Source: Actinomycetota bacterium
Lineage (GTDB): Bacteria; Actinomycetota; Actinomycetes; Nanopelagicales; Nanopelagicaceae
Assembly: GCA_041175545.1 (NCBI GenBank)
Contig: JBEDES010000003.1
Location: 3,645-67,644, forward strand
DNA: 64,000 nt
Direction: 5' to 3'
Part shown: positions 1 to 10,571 of the stretch, piece by piece
Layout of the letters: the number at the start of each line of letters is the position of its first letter
Position numbering within the stretch: position 1 is the first letter of the stretch
The notes under the pieces: model-generated
Database searches by the model: none
Told to the model about the DNA's origin: nothing
The model's input: the letters and a program-made list of their open reading frames with translations, nothing else
Position numbers and translations under genes: made by a program

Positions 1-1272
1 GCTAATTGTAGTTTTTCCTGCGCCAGATGGACCGACCAATGCTGTTGTAGTTCCAGGTTCCACGATGAATGAAAGATCATGTAGAACTTGACCTGAGGCT
101 GCGGTCTCTTCCTTCGCTACAGACTCAAGTGATGCCAAAGAGATTTCGTCTGCGCTTGGATACGAGAACTCAACATTTCTGAACTCAATTTTACCTTTAG
201 TCGACGTCAAAGTTTTTGCGTCTTGTTTGTTTTTTACCATGGGTTCTAGATCGAGTACTTCAAATACCCTTTCAAAAGAAACAAGTGAAGTCATTACATC
301 GATTCGAACGTTTGAAATACCTGTTAACGGGCCATATAAACGAGCCAACAGTGCTGTAATAGCTAGGAGTGTTCCAACGGTTAAATCACCGCTAATCGCT
401 AGGTGTCCACCGATTCCATAGGCGAAAGCCGTAGCGATTGCAGCAACACTTGTTAGAGCTATAAAGAAAAGTCGATTAAGCATTGCCATCTTAATGCCAA
501 TGTCAGCTACTCGCCTGGCTCGAACTCCAAATCCATTGTGTTCTCGCTCTTGTTGTCCATATAAAGCAACAAGCATTGCGCCAGATACATTGAATCGCTC
601 CGTCATCGTGCTCGACATCTGTGAGTTCAGGGTAAATGACTCCCTCGTCAGAGCCTGCAGACGACGGCCAACCCACTTTGTTGGATAGAGAAATAAAGGC
701 AACATCAGTAAAGAAAAGAGCGTGATCTGCCAGGACAAGAACAACATTGTTACACCCACTAGTAACAAACTCACCACATTACTAACTAGTCCCGACAGAG
801 TTGAAGTAAAAGCTTGTTGAGCACCAATTACATCTGAGTTAATTCGAGAAATTAATGCCCCCGTTTGGGTACGAGTGAAGAAGGCTATAGATTGCTTCTG
901 TACGTGAGCAAAAACCAATGATCTTAGATCGTAGATAAGTCCTTCACCGATTCTTGATGAAAAGTATCTGCCAAGCATGTTAAAGGCCGCATCAGCAACG
1001 GCTATTAATCCAACCAAAAATGCCAGTTGCGTAACAACTGCGCCATTTTGAGGGATAACTCCCTCATCAATTAATTTTTTCAACAACAGCGGAGTCGCAA
1101 CAATTAAGGCAGCATCTACTACAACTGTGGCCAAGTAAATATAGATACTCGTTTGATATGGCTTGGCGAATGAAAAAATTCGGCGAATTGTTCCAGGCTT
1201 TAACTTCTGCTGTTTAAGTGATGGATCTGCCGTCATGGAGCGATAGTTAAGCCATGCGCCATGCATTGACAT
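1..1272 (-). CDS. ABC exporter, fused transmembrane + ATPase domains (MsbA/MdlA-like); 3' end runs off the window
   Basis: Translated by hand because it is not in the ORF track. ATG at 1272 gives MSMHGAWLNYRSMTADPSLKQQ..., then multiple TM segments, FFTRTQTGALISRINSDV, and Walker A GPSGAGKTT at the window edge. Starts 1 nt after the sufT stop. Confidence 0.9.
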   Translation of the reverse strand, partial: MSMHGAWLNYRSMTADPSLKQQKLKPGTIRRIFSFAKPYQTSIYIYLATVVVDAALIVATPLLLKKLIDEGVIPQNGAVVTQLAFLVGLIAVADAAFNMLGRYFSSRIGEGLIYDLRSLVFAHVQKQSIAFFTRTQTGALISRINSDVIGAQQAFTSTLSGLVSNVVSLLLVGVTMLFLSWQITLFSLLMLPLFLYPTKWVGRRLQALTRESFTLNSQMSSTMTERFNVSGAMLVALYGQQEREHNGFGVRARRVADIGIKMAMLNRLFFIALTSVAAIATAFAYGIGGHLAISGDLTVGTLLAITALLARLYGPLTGISNVRIDVMTSLVSFERVFEVLDLEPMVKNKQDAKTLTSTKGKIEFRNVEFSYPSADEISLASLESVAKEETAASGQVLHDLSFIVEPGTTTALVGPSGAGKTTIS

Positions 1273-1273
1273 G

Positions 1274-1585
1274 TTAAACCGTAAAACCTAGAGCGCGAAG
1301 CTGGTCTCTTCCATCATCACTAATCTTGTCAGGACCCCACGGTGGCATCCAAACCCAATTGATTTTTACATCGCTTGTCATTCCTGCTAAAGCAGCCCTC
1401 GTTTGATCCTCAATTACATCTTGTAGCGGGCATGCTGCAGATGTCAAAGTCATATTGAGAATTGCAATGTTTGCTTCATCAACCATCACATCGTAAATTA
1501 AACCTAAGTCCACAACATTGATCCCAAGCTCTGGATCAACCACATCTTTCATGGCCTCGGTCACATCATCTATTGATGTTGTCAT
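1274..1585 (-). CDS. sufT: SufT / DUF59 Fe-S cluster assembly factor
   Basis: DPELGINVVDLGLIY, TLTSAACP and PPWGP motifs; last gene of the suf cluster. Confidence 0.9.
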   Translation of the reverse strand: MTTSIDDVTEAMKDVVDPELGINVVDLGLIYDVMVDEANIAILNMTLTSAACPLQDVIEDQTRAALAGMTSDVKINWVWMPPWGPDKISDDGRDQLRALGFTV

Positions 1586-2052
1586 TGCGTACTCCCTCTA
1601 TCCTCGCCTGCTGCTCTTGATTGATTAATTCTATCGGCTGCATCTCTAAAGGCCATCCAGCCCAAGAGTGCGCACTTTATTCGTGCTGGAAACTTAGATA
1701 CCCCTGCCATTGCTACCGCATCTTCTAGAACGAGAGGATCGCCATCTTTAGTACCTTTGCTGTGCATTAATTCTATGAATTGCTCAGTAATTGCATGAGC
1801 TTGGATTAAATCTTTATCCACTAATAAATCGCTCGCGATAGAAACACTCGCCTGTGAAATGGAACAACCAACTCCATCCCAGGTAATTGAGCTTACTTTT
1901 GAGCCATCTACAGAAAGATTGAGCGTAATTTCATCCCCACAACTTGGATTTATATGGTGCACCTGAACATCATAAGATTCGGACAACCCCTTGTTAAGTG
2001 GATGTTTGTAATGATCAAGTATGACTTCTTGATAAAGATTGTCTAATTCCAC
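1582..2052 (-). CDS. sufU: SufU (NifU-like) sulfur transfer protein
   Basis: LYQEVILDHYKHP, NPSCGD, GCSISQAS and RIKCALL; GTG start. Confidence 0.95.
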   Translation of the reverse strand: MELDNLYQEVILDHYKHPLNKGLSESYDVQVHHINPSCGDEITLNLSVDGSKVSSITWDGVGCSISQASVSIASDLLVDKDLIQAHAITEQFIELMHSKGTKDGDPLVLEDAVAMAGVSKFPARIKCALLGWMAFRDAADRINQSRAAGEDRGSTQ

Positions 2053-3290
2053 TATGCAAAATATTTCTGTGCATCAACAATTGCCTTTACTAAAAGATCG
2101 CATTCACTCTCTTCGTTGTACAAATACAAGGAAGCACGCGTTGTGGCTGGCACTCCTAATTTACGCGTTAGAGGCCAAGCACAATGATGGCCGGTTCGTA
2201 CCGCTATACCCTTGCTATCAAGAAATTGGCCCAAGTCATGTGGATGTATTTCTCCGACCGTAAATGAAATGGAAGAACCTCTGTTTTCATTATCTAATGG
2301 ACCGACAATCTTCAACGTCGGAACCTTTTGCAACTCTTCAAGGAAATACTTCGTTAACTGCATTTCGTGTTCGAAAACTTTATCCATACCAATAGCGTTT
2401 AAATAATCTAATGCCGCGCCTAAACCAACAGCTTGTGCCATGTTTGGAACACCAGCTTCAAATCGTTTGGGGGCAGGAGACCATGTTGCACTTTCCATTG
2501 TCACGTTTTCGATCATTGACCCACCGAATAGGAATGGAGGCAAATCATCCAACTGATTGCTCCAGAGAACTCCCACTCCTGTAGGACCAAGTGCTTTATG
2601 TCCTGAGAAAACTAGGAAATCGACTCCTAGTTTTTTTACATCTATAGGCATATGTGGCACAGATTGACATGCATCCAGTACTACAACAGCCCCAACTTCG
2701 TGAGCTCGAGCAACAATTGCTTCAAGAGGATTGATTGATCCAAGTACATTTGATTGATGTGTTAGGGCGACTACTTTGGTATCAGTGGTGATAACTGAGT
2801 TTATTGATTCAAGATCTAAACGGCCGTCTGGAAGAACTTCAAACCATGAAAGCTGTGCACCAGTTCGAGAAGCCAACTGCTGCCACGGAATCAAGTTTGC
2901 GTGATGTTCCATCTCTGTAACGACAATTCGATCTTTGGATGTAAGTGCAAACCGTGATCCGGTGGCTGCATTGCTCATTGAATAAGCAATTAAATTAATC
3001 GATTCAGTGGCACTTTTGGTGAAAACTATCTCTTCAGAGCGCGCACCTATAAAAGCTGAAACCTTGGCACGTGCACCTTCATATGCATCAGTTGCTTCCT
3101 CAGCTAATTGATGTGCACCTCGATGCACGGCAGCATTGTGAAATCTGTAGAAATCACCCTCAGCTTGGATTACTGCTTCCGGTTTTTGGCTTGTTGCTCC
3201 ACTGTCAAGATAAATAAGTTTTTTTCCATCACGAACTGTACGTTCAAAGATAGGAAAATCTTGACGAATTGTTGCAACGTCTAATGGCAT
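2052..3290 (-). CDS. sufS: Cysteine desulfurase SufS
   Basis: YLDSGATSQKP, FSGHK (PLP lysine) and RTGHHCA. Confidence 0.97.
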   Translation of the reverse strand: MPLDVATIRQDFPIFERTVRDGKKLIYLDSGATSQKPEAVIQAEGDFYRFHNAAVHRGAHQLAEEATDAYEGARAKVSAFIGARSEEIVFTKSATESINLIAYSMSNAATGSRFALTSKDRIVVTEMEHHANLIPWQQLASRTGAQLSWFEVLPDGRLDLESINSVITTDTKVVALTHQSNVLGSINPLEAIVARAHEVGAVVVLDACQSVPHMPIDVKKLGVDFLVFSGHKALGPTGVGVLWSNQLDDLPPFLFGGSMIENVTMESATWSPAPKRFEAGVPNMAQAVGLGAALDYLNAIGMDKVFEHEMQLTKYFLEELQKVPTLKIVGPLDNENRGSSISFTVGEIHPHDLGQFLDSKGIAVRTGHHCAWPLTRKLGVPATTRASLYLYNEESECDLLVKAIVDAQKYFA

Positions 3291-3298
3291 AAAACTAA

Positions 3299-4051
3299 TT
3301 ACTTACTAACGTAATCGGCATATCCATTTGCTTCCAGCTTTTCGGCCAATTCTGGTCCACCTTGTTCGACGATGCGACCATTTGCGAAAACATGAACAAA
3401 GTCTGGCTTTATGTATCGAAGGATTCGTGTGTAGTGAGTAATTAAGATTACGCCAAGGTTATTTGCATCCTTTGCGCGATTAACACCTTCGGAGACGATA
3501 CGTAATGCATCAACATCTAGACCAGAGTCTGTCTCATCCAGAATTGCCATCTTTGGTTTTAGAAGTTCTAGTTGCATAATTTCATGACGCTTCTTTTCTC
3601 CACCTGAAAAGCCTTCATTTACATTTCTAGTGGCAAAAGCAGGGTCCATACTCAAAGCTTCCATCGCAGTTTTGACTTCACTGACCCATGTACGGAGCTT
3701 TGGTGCCTCTCCACGCAAAGCAGTTGCAGCTGTGCGAAGAAAATTAGAAACAGAAACACCAGGCACTTCGACGGGATACTGCATTGCCAAGAAAAGGCCA
3801 GCCTTTGCACGTTCATCAACACTCATTTCAAGAACGTCGGCGCCATCCAAAGTAACCGTTCCACCTGTAATTGTGTATTTAGGATGTCCTGCGATTGAGT
3901 AAGCAAGAGTTGATTTTCCCGAACCATTAGGACCCATGATTGCGTGTGTCTCACCTGACTTGATAGTTAGATCCACTCCCTTCAGGATCTCGACCATTCC
4001 ATCATCTGTGTTTACAGAGACCTGTAAGTTACGGATTTCTAGTGTGCTCAT
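3299..4051 (-). CDS. sufC: Fe-S assembly ATPase SufC
   Basis: GPNGSGKST, GFSGGEKKR and LDETDSGLDVDAL. Confidence 0.97.
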   Translation of the reverse strand: MSTLEIRNLQVSVNTDDGMVEILKGVDLTIKSGETHAIMGPNGSGKSTLAYSIAGHPKYTITGGTVTLDGADVLEMSVDERAKAGLFLAMQYPVEVPGVSVSNFLRTAATALRGEAPKLRTWVSEVKTAMEALSMDPAFATRNVNEGFSGGEKKRHEIMQLELLKPKMAILDETDSGLDVDALRIVSEGVNRAKDANNLGVILITHYTRILRYIKPDFVHVFANGRIVEQGGPELAEKLEANGYADYVSK

Positions 4052-4073
4052 TTTTTTCTCTTTTCTCTCGTTA

Positions 4074-4370
4074 CTAAATCTCTACTGTGACGGAATTTCC
4101 GTCGATCTTGACAGGAAATGTTTCTAAAGCAATATTTGCTGGCAACGTCAAAGCCTGACCAGTTCGCAGGTCAAACTCTGCGCCATGTAGCCAGCATTCG
4201 ATTTTGAAACCATCTGTATCCCCTTCAGAAAGTGAAGCTTCTGAATGCGTACATGTATCTGCAACGGCAAAGACTTCCTGGCCAACTCGCGCGACACAGA
4301 TACTCTTACCATTTTTTTCAATTCGTAATGGTTTGCCTTCATGAATCTGATCAAACTGTAGGTCAGACAT
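4074..4370 (-). CDS. Rieske-type [2Fe-2S] ferredoxin
   Basis: CTH...CWLH Rieske ligands. The likely start is ATG at 4370 (MSDLQF), overlapping the sufD end; the longer ORF-track start lies inside sufD. Confidence 0.9.
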   Translation of the reverse strand: MSDLQFDQIHEGKPLRIEKNGKSICVARVGQEVFAVADTCTHSEASLSEGDTDGFKIECWLHGAEFDLRTGQALTLPANIALETFPVKIDGNSVTVEI

Positions 4371-5451
4371 TATGTCCCGCCTTTTCAAGCTCAATATCAA
4401 TTCGATCCATGATTCGGTGTTGAACCTCTTCATCACCAATTTCCGAGACAATCTCATTGAAGAAGCCTCGAACAACAAGTCGTCTGGCATCTGCCATAGC
4501 AATACCGCGTGACATTAAGTAGAAGAGTTGCTCATCATCAAAGCGACCTGTTGTGCTTGCGTGTCCGGCACCAACTATTTCTCCCGTTTCAATTTCAAGG
4601 TTTGGTACTGAATCAGCACGTGCACCATCAGAAAGCAAGAGATTGCGGTTTAGTTCGTAGGTATCGGTGCCTTCTGCAGCCGCACGAATTAATACATCAC
4701 CGATCCAAACTGTATGAGCATCTTGACCAGCTAGGGCACCTTTATAGTTCACATTTGATTTAGCGTGTGGAACTGCGTGATCGACATGATTTCGATGTTC
4801 AAAGAACTGTCCAGCAGTTGCAAAATAAACACCTAAGAGATCTGCCGATGCACCTGGAGCCTTAAAGGCTACCGTTGGAAGAATTCGGACAACATCTCCA
4901 CCAACTGTCACCGTGATTGATTTAAAGGTTGCATCCTTATCAACTATTGCGTGATGGCGAGCTGTGTAGACAGACTTTGATTCAAATTCTTGAAGAGTTA
5001 CAAATTTAAGATTAGATCCAGGTGCCAAGTAAATCTCTAGGTCCTCCGCCAAAACTGTATCTGTCGAGTTTTCGACGATCACAGTTGCAACTGCATGAGT
5101 ACCGAGTGAAATGCGAACACGTGAGAATTCAGCTGTATCTATCGCACCGGATGAACGAGCCAAGAAGATTGGTTCAGATAGCTCGGTATTTGCAGCGATA
5201 GCAAGGTGTGCAACCGAACTCACCACTCCCCTGACGCGTTCAATGATGACATCATCGGAAGCAGAAAGAGGCTCTAAGTTCTCACGAGTAAATGTAACTC
5301 CAGATGGCAGCGCACCCTTTGTAATCAAAGACTCGCGATCAGATTGAACCGCCGATCCATCATGGAGTCCCCGCAGACGCTTGAGCGGTGTGAAACGCCA
5401 CGCCTCTTCTCTTCCTGTCGGAGTTAAGTAATTTGTAGTTAAAACTGACAT
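4363..5451 (-). CDS. sufD: Fe-S assembly protein SufD
   Basis: EEAWRFTPL, SVPNLEI, GHASTTG and LFYLMSRGI. Confidence 0.95.
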   Translation of the reverse strand: MSVLTTNYLTPTGREEAWRFTPLKRLRGLHDGSAVQSDRESLITKGALPSGVTFTRENLEPLSASDDVIIERVRGVVSSVAHLAIAANTELSEPIFLARSSGAIDTAEFSRVRISLGTHAVATVIVENSTDTVLAEDLEIYLAPGSNLKFVTLQEFESKSVYTARHHAIVDKDATFKSITVTVGGDVVRILPTVAFKAPGASADLLGVYFATAGQFFEHRNHVDHAVPHAKSNVNYKGALAGQDAHTVWIGDVLIRAAAEGTDTYELNRNLLLSDGARADSVPNLEIETGEIVGAGHASTTGRFDDEQLFYLMSRGIAMADARRLVVRGFFNEIVSEIGDEEVQHRIMDRIDIELEKAGHNV

Positions 5452-6860
5452 TAACCTACGGCACCTTCCATCTGGAGTTCAATTAATCTATTGAGTTCGA
5501 GTGCATACTCCATTGGAAGTTCACGAGCAATTGGTTCGATAAATCCGCGAACAATCATTGCCATGGCTTCATCTTCATTGAGTCCGCGAGACATCAAATA
5601 GAACAGTTGATCATCACTAACTTTTGAAACAGTAGCTTCGTGACCCATGGAGACATCATCTTCACGGATGTCCACATAAGGATATGTATCAGAACGAGAA
5701 ATTGTGTCTACCAATAAAGCATCGCATTTAACGGTGCTCTTTGAGTGGTGTGCTCCTTCTTGCACTTGAACAAGCCCTCTGTAAGAGGTGCGTCCTCCTC
5801 CACGTGCGACCGATTTAGAAATCACAGATGATGACGTATACGGAGCAGCATGAACCATTTTTGCTCCTGAGTCCTGATGCTGACCTTCTCCGGCAAATGC
5901 CAATGAAAGTGTTTCGCCTTTTGCATGTGGGCCCATTAAAAAGATCGCTGGATACTTCATCGTTACCTTCGATCCAATATTGCCATCAACCCATTCCATA
6001 GTTGCCCCTTCGGCACAGGTTGCACGCTTTGTAACTAAGTTATAAACATTGTTTGACCAGTTCTGAATGGTTGTGTAACGAACACGAGCACCCTTTTTCA
6101 CAATGATTTCAACTACAGCCGAGTGCAAAGAATCTGACTTATAGATAGGTGCTGTACAACCTTCTACATAATGAATATATGAATCTTCATCAGCGATGAT
6201 CAGTGTGCGTTCGAACTGTCCCATGTTCTCGGTATTGATTCGGAAATATGCCTGTAAAGGGATATCTACGTGAACTCCCTTTGGCACATAAATAAATGAT
6301 CCGCCGGACCATACTGATGTATTCAGGGCCGCAAATTTGTTATCTCCAACAGGAATTACTGTTCCGAAATATTCTTTAAAAAGTTCAGGGTGTTCTTTTA
6401 AAGCAGTATCTGTGTCTAAGAAAATTACCCCTTGCGCTTCTAAATCTTCACGGATTGAGTGATAAACCACTTCAGACTCATATTGGGCAGCCACACCCGA
6501 CACCAGGCGTTGCTTTTCTGCTTCAGGAATTCCTAAACGATCGTAGGTATTTTTGATTTCATCTGGAAGGTCATCCCAAGTTGTAGCCTGCTTTTCAGTA
6601 GAACGAACAAAATACTTAATTGTGTCAAAGAAAATACCGGATAAATCTGATCCCCAGTTGGGCATCGGCTTCTTTTCAAAAAGACTCAATCCTTTAAGTC
6701 GCAGATCTAGCATCCATGATGGCTCTGACTTCTTTGCAGAGATATCGCGAACAACATCCTCGTTGATCCCACGCTTCGCATTTTCACCAATATCACTCTT
6801 GTCCGACCAACCATATTCATAGTTGCCAAGACCTTCGAGCTCTGGATGTGCTGTAGTCAT
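5451..6860 (-). CDS. sufB: Fe-S assembly protein SufB
   Basis: [18 protein letters not shown] and YVEGCTAP; no intein visible. Confidence 0.97.
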   Translation of the reverse strand: MTTAHPELEGLGNYEYGWSDKSDIGENAKRGINEDVVRDISAKKSEPSWMLDLRLKGLSLFEKKPMPNWGSDLSGIFFDTIKYFVRSTEKQATTWDDLPDEIKNTYDRLGIPEAEKQRLVSGVAAQYESEVVYHSIREDLEAQGVIFLDTDTALKEHPELFKEYFGTVIPVGDNKFAALNTSVWSGGSFIYVPKGVHVDIPLQAYFRINTENMGQFERTLIIADEDSYIHYVEGCTAPIYKSDSLHSAVVEIIVKKGARVRYTTIQNWSNNVYNLVTKRATCAEGATMEWVDGNIGSKVTMKYPAIFLMGPHAKGETLSLAFAGEGQHQDSGAKMVHAAPYTSSSVISKSVARGGGRTSYRGLVQVQEGAHHSKSTVKCDALLVDTISRSDTYPYVDIREDDVSMGHEATVSKVSDDQLFYLMSRGLNEDEAMAMIVRGFIEPIARELPMEYALELNRLIELQMEGAVG

Positions 6861-7555
6861 GCGCGTTCCCCATTTCTTGATGTTTTAGATTTCTTCTGAC
6901 TCGTTGATACTTTTGGTATAAAAGTTGTGCAGACACCATCACCATGTGCGATAGTTGCAAGGCGCTGAACATGTGTGCCTAGGATCTTTGATAGAGCTGA
7001 TGTTTCGGCTTCGCAGAGCTGTGGAAACTCGGCTGCAACGTGTGCAATTGGGCAATGGTGCTGAATTAACTCTTGACCCATCGCCTTGCTATCAACACTT
7101 GCTGCATAGCCTTGTTCAGTTAGAAACGAAGCAAGAGCGGTTGTTTTGTTTGAACTTTTTGAAATTGAATCGAGTGCCTTGCGTTCAATGTCATCTGCTC
7201 GTGACTGTGCGAAGTCATCGACAAGTTGAGAACCAGATTGTGTGGACATAAACTTTAACGCCGCTACTGCTAAGTCATCATAGGAGTGCTCGAAACGCTC
7301 ACGACCTTTATCTGACATAACAAATACTTTTGACGGGCGACCTCTTCCGCGAATTGCAATCGATCGCGGTTCTCGAGCTTCAATGAGTCCATCTGAAATC
7401 AGCAATTCCAAATGTCGTCTGATGCCAGTTGGCGTCAAGGCCAATCGCTCTCCAAGAATCGCTGCCGTAGAAGGACCGTTTTCTAGAATGGATCGAGCCA
7501 CAAGATCGCGAGTACGGGTGTCTTCACCGGCGACCATCGATCCTGTCATTTTCAC
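6857..7555 (-). CDS. sufR: SufR, HTH repressor of the suf operon
   Basis: N-terminal winged HTH, RGRGRP, and Cys ligands HHCP..QLC..GVC; GTG start. Confidence 0.9.
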   Translation of the reverse strand: MKMTGSMVAGEDTRTRDLVARSILENGPSTAAILGERLALTPTGIRRHLELLISDGLIEAREPRSIAIRGRGRPSKVFVMSDKGRERFEHSYDDLAVAALKFMSTQSGSQLVDDFAQSRADDIERKALDSISKSSNKTTALASFLTEQGYAASVDSKAMGQELIQHHCPIAHVAAEFPQLCEAETSALSKILGTHVQRLATIAHGDGVCTTFIPKVSTSQKKSKTSRNGERA

Positions 7556-7580
7556 AACACTATTGTGTCGTAATTCGACA
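7551..7580. promoter_or_regulatory. Candidate SufR operator overlapping the sufR promoter and start codon
   Basis: Imperfect inverted repeat TTCACAACAC-TATT-GTGTCGTAAT plus perfect TGTCG-TAATT-CGACA; -10-like CACAAT (minus strand, 7562-7567) 6 nt before the GTG. Confidence 0.6.
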
Positions 7581-7630
7581 CCTCATGCCAGTTGGAACGC
7601 GCGGGTCCTCTCAGTCAATAGGCTTCACCT

Positions 7631-8527
7631 ATGTCCACACCTGTAGGCGCTAGAGCACGATTTTCAGCATCCAGGGTTTTGGTTCCTGCAAGTGCGCTAC
7701 TTCTATTTTTGCAAGCCGCATTAGTGGTTACAGGTGGAGCGGTACGACTGACAGGTTCAGGCCTTGGTTGTCCAACATGGCCAGAGTGCACCCCGGGTTC
7801 ATACACCCCAGTTCCACACCAAGCTGAACCGGTTTTAAATGTTTGGATTGAGTTTGGTAATCGCATGCTGACTTTCGCACTTGTCCTGGCTTCGCTTATC
7901 GTAATTGTCGCCGTACTAAAGAGCGGGCGACGGGATCTTCGCTCCCTTGCAATGGGTCAATTTTTGGGAATTTTTGGCCAAGGAGTTTTAGGTGGCATTA
8001 CAGTTCTAACGGATCTAAATCCAATTCCAGTCGCATTGCACCTTTTATTGTCCATGGTCCTTATCGCCGGTGCATCTTCAATTCATGTACGACGATTTAC
8101 GCCTTCAACAAATATTGAAAATAATAAATTGACTCGAACCTTAGCCAAAGCACATATCTCGGTTATGTTCGTAGTGATGATTCTTGGAACTGTAGTAACT
8201 GGGTCCGGACCTCATGCAGGTGATGCCCAAGCTCAGCGCTTTCCCTTTGATATACGAACTGTTGCAATTTTACATGCTGATGTTGTGATTTTTCTCTTTG
8301 GGTTAACTCTGGCCTTTTATCTAGCTGCTGGAACTTCGCAGCAAACAAAAATAAAGTTGCGCACCTTCACGATCATTGCGCTGTCACAAGGGATTATTGG
8401 CTATGTTCAATACTTCCTTGGCGTTCCCGCATTAATTGTTGGATTCCATTTATTGGGTGCAGCAGTTCTATGGATAAGCGCATGGCGTGTATTTCTATCA
8501 ACGAGAATAAGAATGGATACAAAATGA
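7631..8527 (+). CDS. ctaA: Heme A synthase (COX15/CtaA family)
   Basis: GGAVRLTGSGLGCPTWPEC, IEFGNR, GSGPHAGD and multiple TM helices. Confidence 0.9.
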   Translation: MSTPVGARARFSASRVLVPASALLLFLQAALVVTGGAVRLTGSGLGCPTWPECTPGSYTPVPHQAEPVLNVWIEFGNRMLTFALVLASLIVIVAVLKSGRRDLRSLAMGQFLGIFGQGVLGGITVLTDLNPIPVALHLLLSMVLIAGASSIHVRRFTPSTNIENNKLTRTLAKAHISVMFVVMILGTVVTGSGPHAGDAQAQRFPFDIRTVAILHADVVIFLFGLTLAFYLAAGTSQQTKIKLRTFTIIALSQGIIGYVQYFLGVPALIVGFHLLGAAVLWISAWRVFLSTRIRMDTK

Positions 8528-10569
8528 GCAAACCAGCAGGTTGGACATCTCTTGATGATCGCGCCGTTACTTATGCGCGAGCTTTAGCAGCTGATGCAGT
8601 CCAAAAAGTTGGAAATGGTCATCCTGGGACAGCGATGTCTCTGGCTCCGGTTGCTTACGCACTTTTCCAAAGACACTTAATTCATGATCCTAGTGATCCA
8701 CAATGGATAGGACGCGATCGATTCATTCTCTCTTGCGGTCACTCTTCATTAACTTTATATATTCAACTTTTTTTAAGTGGTTATGGTCTTGAAATGAACG
8801 ATCTGGAAAACTTCAGAACATGGGGTTCATTAACTCCTGGGCATCCAGAGTATGGGCACACCGCAGGCGTTGAAATGACAACTGGTCCATTAGGTCAAGG
8901 GGTTGCAACAGCTGTTGGAATGGCAATGGCTGCACGATTCGAAAGAGGATTACTCGATCCCGACGCAGCGCAGGCTCAATCAATTTTTGATCACCGTATT
9001 TGGGTGATTTGTTCTGACGGAGATCTTCAAGAGGGTGTTAGCGCGGAGGCTTCTTCACTAGCTGGTACTCAAAATTTGGGAATGCTCAATGTTATCTATG
9101 ACGACAATCGAATTTCGATTGAAGGCGATACACACAATGCATTTACAGAAGACGTCTCTGCTCGCTATGTTGCTTATGGTTGGCATGTTATTGATGTTGC
9201 CGCGCAAGCTAATGGAGACGTTGATCTAGTCGCACTGGATGCTGCAATGGTGGCGGCTAAGGAAGAATTACAGAGACCTTCTTTGATTCGAATGAAGTCG
9301 GTTATTGCATGGCCAGCACCTAAAGCGCAAGGAACTGCAGCTTCGCATGGTTCTGCACTCGGCGCAGATGAGATTAAGGCAACTAAATTAGTCTTAGGAA
9401 TTAATCCTGAAGAAAACTTTGCAATGCCTTCAGAAGTTTTAGCACATGCAAGAGAAGTGAAGAACCGTGGCGCACAACTACGCGCTTCTTGGGATGAATC
9501 TTTTGCTGCGTGGACTACAGCGCAGCCTGAGAGAGCCAAACTATTGAGCCGATTGAAGGCGAGAAAACTTCCAGACAACTGGGAAAACAACATTCCAGAA
9601 TTTGCTGCAGGAAAAGATTTAGCAACGCGCGCGGCTTCTGGTGAAGTCATCAACGCCATTGCAGAGCAACTACCTGAGTTTTGGGGTGGGTCAGCTGATT
9701 TAGCAGGCTCAAATAACACAAGTATTAAAGGTGCTCAAAGTTTTCTTCCAATTTCAAGTTCAATTGATGGAGCTAACCCATACGGTCGAATTATTCACTT
9801 TGGTATTCGAGAGCATGCGATGGGAGCAATTCTTAATGGAATAACACTTCATGGATTGTCTCGAAGCTTTGGTGGAACATTCGCTGTCTTTAGTGATTAC
9901 ATGAGACCGGCCGTTAGATTAGCTGCTTTAATGAACATTCCCTCAATTTTCGTGTGGACTCATGATTCAATTGGCGTGGGTGAAGATGGGCCAACACATC
10001 AGCCGATTGAACATTTTGCTGCATTGCGTGCGATTCCCGGCTTAGATGTGGTGCGCCCGGGTGATGCCAACGAAGTCGCACAGGCCTGGAAAACAATTAT
10101 TGCGCGAAATCGTCCAGCTGGAATTTTGCTCTCGCGACAGAATTTACCTGTGCTGGATCGGACGATCTATCACTCCGCCAACAGTGTTTCAAAAGGCGCG
10201 TACATACTAAAGGATGCAAAGGATCCTCATGTGATCCTAATTGCGACCGGCTCTGAATTAAGTCTTGCAGTCGAATCTGCAATACTCCTTGATAATAGCG
10301 GCGTAAATACACGAGTAGTAAGCGCGCCTTGTTTGGAATGGTTTGACGAACAAGATAAACAATATAGAGACTCTGTTCTTCCTCGCGACATTCCTAAAGT
10401 CAGTATTGAAGTGGGAATAGCACAAGGATGGCATAAATACCTTGGTGATAACGGTATGGCTATCTCTCTTGAACATTATGGAGCTTCGGCTGATGCGAAG
10501 CGATTGTTTAAAGAGTTTGGTTTCTCAACTGAGAACATTGTTGCAAGCGTTAAGAAACTGGTTGGCTGA
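8524..10569 (+). CDS. tkt: Transketolase
   Basis: GHPGTAM, GPLGQG, SDGDLQEG and THDSIGVGEDGPTHQP. Start taken as ATG at 8524 (ATGA overlap with the ctaA stop). Confidence 0.97.
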   Translation: MSKPAGWTSLDDRAVTYARALAADAVQKVGNGHPGTAMSLAPVAYALFQRHLIHDPSDPQWIGRDRFILSCGHSSLTLYIQLFLSGYGLEMNDLENFRTWGSLTPGHPEYGHTAGVEMTTGPLGQGVATAVGMAMAARFERGLLDPDAAQAQSIFDHRIWVICSDGDLQEGVSAEASSLAGTQNLGMLNVIYDDNRISIEGDTHNAFTEDVSARYVAYGWHVIDVAAQANGDVDLVALDAAMVAAKEELQRPSLIRMKSVIAWPAPKAQGTAASHGSALGADEIKATKLVLGINPEENFAMPSEVLAHAREVKNRGAQLRASWDESFAAWTTAQPERAKLLSRLKARKLPDNWENNIPEFAAGKDLATRAASGEVINAIAEQLPEFWGGSADLAGSNNTSIKGAQSFLPISSSIDGANPYGRIIHFGIREHAMGAILNGITLHGLSRSFGGTFAVFSDYMRPAVRLAALMNIPSIFVWTHDSIGVGEDGPTHQPIEHFAALRAIPGLDVVRPGDANEVAQAWKTIIARNRPAGILLSRQNLPVLDRTIYHSANSVSKGAYILKDAKDPHVILIATGSELSLAVESAILLDNSGVNTRVVSAPCLEWFDEQDKQYRDSVLPRDIPKVSIEVGIAQGWHKYLGDNGMAISLEHYGASADAKRLFKEFGFSTENIVASVKKLVG

Positions 10570-10571
10570 AA

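Noticed and set aside
227-688. Two 64-aa plus-strand ORFs
   Set aside because: Antisense shadows of the minus-strand ABC exporter, which the track missed because it runs off the window
4371-4502. N-terminal extension of the Rieske ferredoxin ORF
   Set aside because: Lies inside sufD in another frame; the ATG at 4370 gives a normal-sized protein
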